In this document: one piece after another, positions 61,801 through 64,000 of the stretch | How positions within the stretch are numbered: the stretch's first letter is position 1 | Layout: each line of letters begins with the position of its first letter | From: Nageia nagi | Taxonomy: Eukaryota > Plantae > Pinophyta | Reading direction: 5' to 3' | Assembly (NCBI GenBank): GCA_050084985.1 | Contig: JBITNC010000001.1 | Coordinates: 176,018,001-176,082,000 of the forward strand | DNA: 64,000 bases | Notes under the pieces: model-generated | What the model was told of the DNA's origin: nothing | The model's database searches: none | Seen by the model: only the letters and a program-made list of their open reading frames with translations | Position numbers and translations under genes: made by a program

Positions 61801-64000
61801 CTTGTACTTTGAAGTTTCTTTGTAGGATGAGGGCTCATTCTTCCAATTAATTTTGGAAGATAAAGATTTATTAATAATCATACTTATTGTTATTATTTAT
61901 GTTGGAGAGTTTTATTTTTTAGGTGAAAAATCTACACTAACATCCAACTAGTTAGGAGCAACAAAAGAATCATCACCCTCATCAAGGTTCTCATAAGAAG
62001 CAGACTCTTTAGGTAGTTCATTGAACTTTTACATCCCTTGAAACAAAGACTACAAGGGAATAAGGTTGGCATAGCCTGTAACCTCTATGCTGATTATTAT
62101 ATCCCATAAAGATACACTTTTTAGATATTTTATCAAGCTTCTTCTTTTTTCTTAGGAATAATAAAAGCATAAGCATCATAACCAAAGACCCTAAAGTGAG
62201 AGATGTTAGGTTTCTTTCTTAGAGTTTTACCTTCAACTACTTTCATAAGACACCTATTGATGATGTAGATTGTAGCATTTATAGCTTCACCCCATAAGAA
62301 GCTAGGAAAATCTTCCAACATATATCTTACCATTTCTTGAATGGTTCTATTCTTCCTGTTGGTAACACCATTCTACTGAGGAGTGTAAGGGATAGTAAAC
62401 TACCTCTTGATTCTATACTTGGTACAAAAATCATTAAATTCATTGCTATTATACTCACCCTGATTATTAGATCTTAACATATTGATTTTGAATCTAGATT
62501 AAGTTTCTACCAAGGATTTGAAATCTTTGAACCTATCAAAGGTTTGATCTTTGTGCTCTATAAGATACCCAAATGTCATCTTGCTAAATTCATTAATAAA
62601 GGTCAATACATAAGATGCTTCCCCAAGTTAATTAATTAGAAAAGTACCTATCAAATCTGTATGCACAAGCTGAAGATGCTAAGTTGCTCTAGTTGCCTTA
62701 TCTTTTGGAAACTTTTGCTAATTCATTTTACCTAAAATGCACTTCTTACAAAGACCAATTGTAGGTGATATTATAGACAAACCTTTGATAAGTTCAAGAT
62801 CTTTTATGAATTGAATATTCTTATGATCTAGGTGGCCTAATTTATGGTACCAAAGATTTTCTCTAGAATAAACATTAGTTGCAAGGCATATCTTTATTAG
62901 AGATTGATCCATAATGAAAAGGTCATCTTGCACTGAACCTTTCACCAAAGTAGCAAGTCCTTTTTTCATGCACCAAGAGTGTGATTTAAAATCAAATAAG
63001 TAACCTTTCTTGTAACTTTAATTACAAAAAAAAAGATTCATAGTGAGCTTAGGCACATAAAGCATACTTTTAAGAATCTTCTTTTGTATCAACACACTCC
63101 CAATACCTAGAACTTCAAGGATAGAACTATCACCTATCACAATTGCATCTTTTCTATACTTATGAAAGTTTTCAAACCTACCCTTTTCAAAACACATGTG
63201 ATTAGTGCATCTAGAATCAATAATCCAATCATTTACCAAAGTGCAAGACTTAGAGTAAAAGGCAACAACATAAGCAAAATTCTTATTCATCTTATTATAA
63301 AATTTGTTTGATTTTCCAGATCCTTTTTTAGTTTGATCTTTCCTTTTCTTGAAGCAATCAAATTCCTTATGACCATAGTGATTACAAAAATTATAATTTC
63401 TATCAAATTTGGCTTTGATTTCCTTAGAATTACCATTATCATTTTTTTTTATTGCCACCATTCTTAAAGTTCTTCTTAGGAGCATAAAAACCCTTCTTTT
63501 GGTTATAGTTCTTCTTTTTGAAGTGAGGCTTCATTGGACCAAGTGCCACAGATGGCTCTTTAGAAGTGGTGATCAACACTTTATTGTTAATTATTTTCTC
63601 ATACTTCAAGAGAAACCTTGATATATTTTCTAAGGAGAATACTTATTTTTCATCATCAAGCCTAGTTTCAATAATAATCATAAACTAACTAAACTTAGCA
63701 GAAAGGCTTTGAAGGATGATGAAAGTTAGAAACTCATCATTGATACAATTGCAACCACATCCTACAAGCTAAGTCATAAGGTCAACAACCTTATTTAAAA
63801 ATATATACACACTCTCATTTTCATCTTGAGATGATTGAAGTAACTTCTAAAGAATGGTGAGCCTCGTAGAAAATTTAGTACCAAGGTAGATACTCTTTAG
63901 TTTATTCCAAGCTTTGTTTGTGGTATTTGAAGAAGATATCATGAGGAGGATCTCATATGAAATTGCATAAAAGATCATGGAATTTTCCAAATCATTTTCA
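58818..64000 (-). mobile_element. Degenerate Ty1/copia LTR retrotransposon (3' LTR 58818-59293; continues beyond the window)
   Basis: Minus-strand LTR TGTTAAAA...TTCTTCA with PPT TTAAAGGGAAG at 59294-59304. Domain order gag-PR-IN-RT-RH. Confidence 0.95.
60296..64000 (-). pseudogene. Copia gag-pol polyprotein, with stops and frameshifts
   Basis: Zinc knuckle FCNHYGHKEFDC; protease WIIDSRCTNHM; LWYHKLGH..CKKCILGK; integrase LRSNN..EY, PYTPQ.NG, FLWGEAINA; RT VKSAFFNGDL, SLYRLMQAPRVW, LLYVDDLLI; RNase H SDYGGDRDDRKLTS; ends ...KLPSKRE* at 60296. Confidence 0.95.

Overview
AT-rich, strongly CpG/CHG-depleted plant nuclear DNA. The PPR and retroelement motifs suggest a conifer such as Cupressaceae/Taxaceae (inference). 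I found no intact gene, RNA gene or CRISPR array; the window is an old, heavily C>T/G>A-mutated transposon graveyard whose structure can largely be rebuilt from LTR termini, PBS/PPT motifs and target-site duplications (TSDs). (1) An old segmental duplication: 1-5299 plus 9704-~20950 matches 42720-46615 plus 47376-56989. (2) Both copies hold a ~9-unit, ~252-bp (84-codon) tandem array made from a chimeric PLS-class PPR fragment. (3) A six-level nest spans 15465-38337: Tat-like LTR > non-autonomous LTR element A > related element B > solo LTR > full-length L1-type LINE > young G-rich solo LTR. (4) Two different LINE-type elements carry an extra, mutually homologous 3' ORF (ORF3). (5) An ORF1-only half-L1 derivative has its own TSD. 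(6) A third LINE has a triplicated RT segment. (7) There is also a hAT-like MITE and a degenerate Ty1/copia element running off the right end. Translations were done by eye; residues in brackets are stops read back to CAA/CAG/CGA/TGG. Coordinates of degenerate boundaries are approximate.
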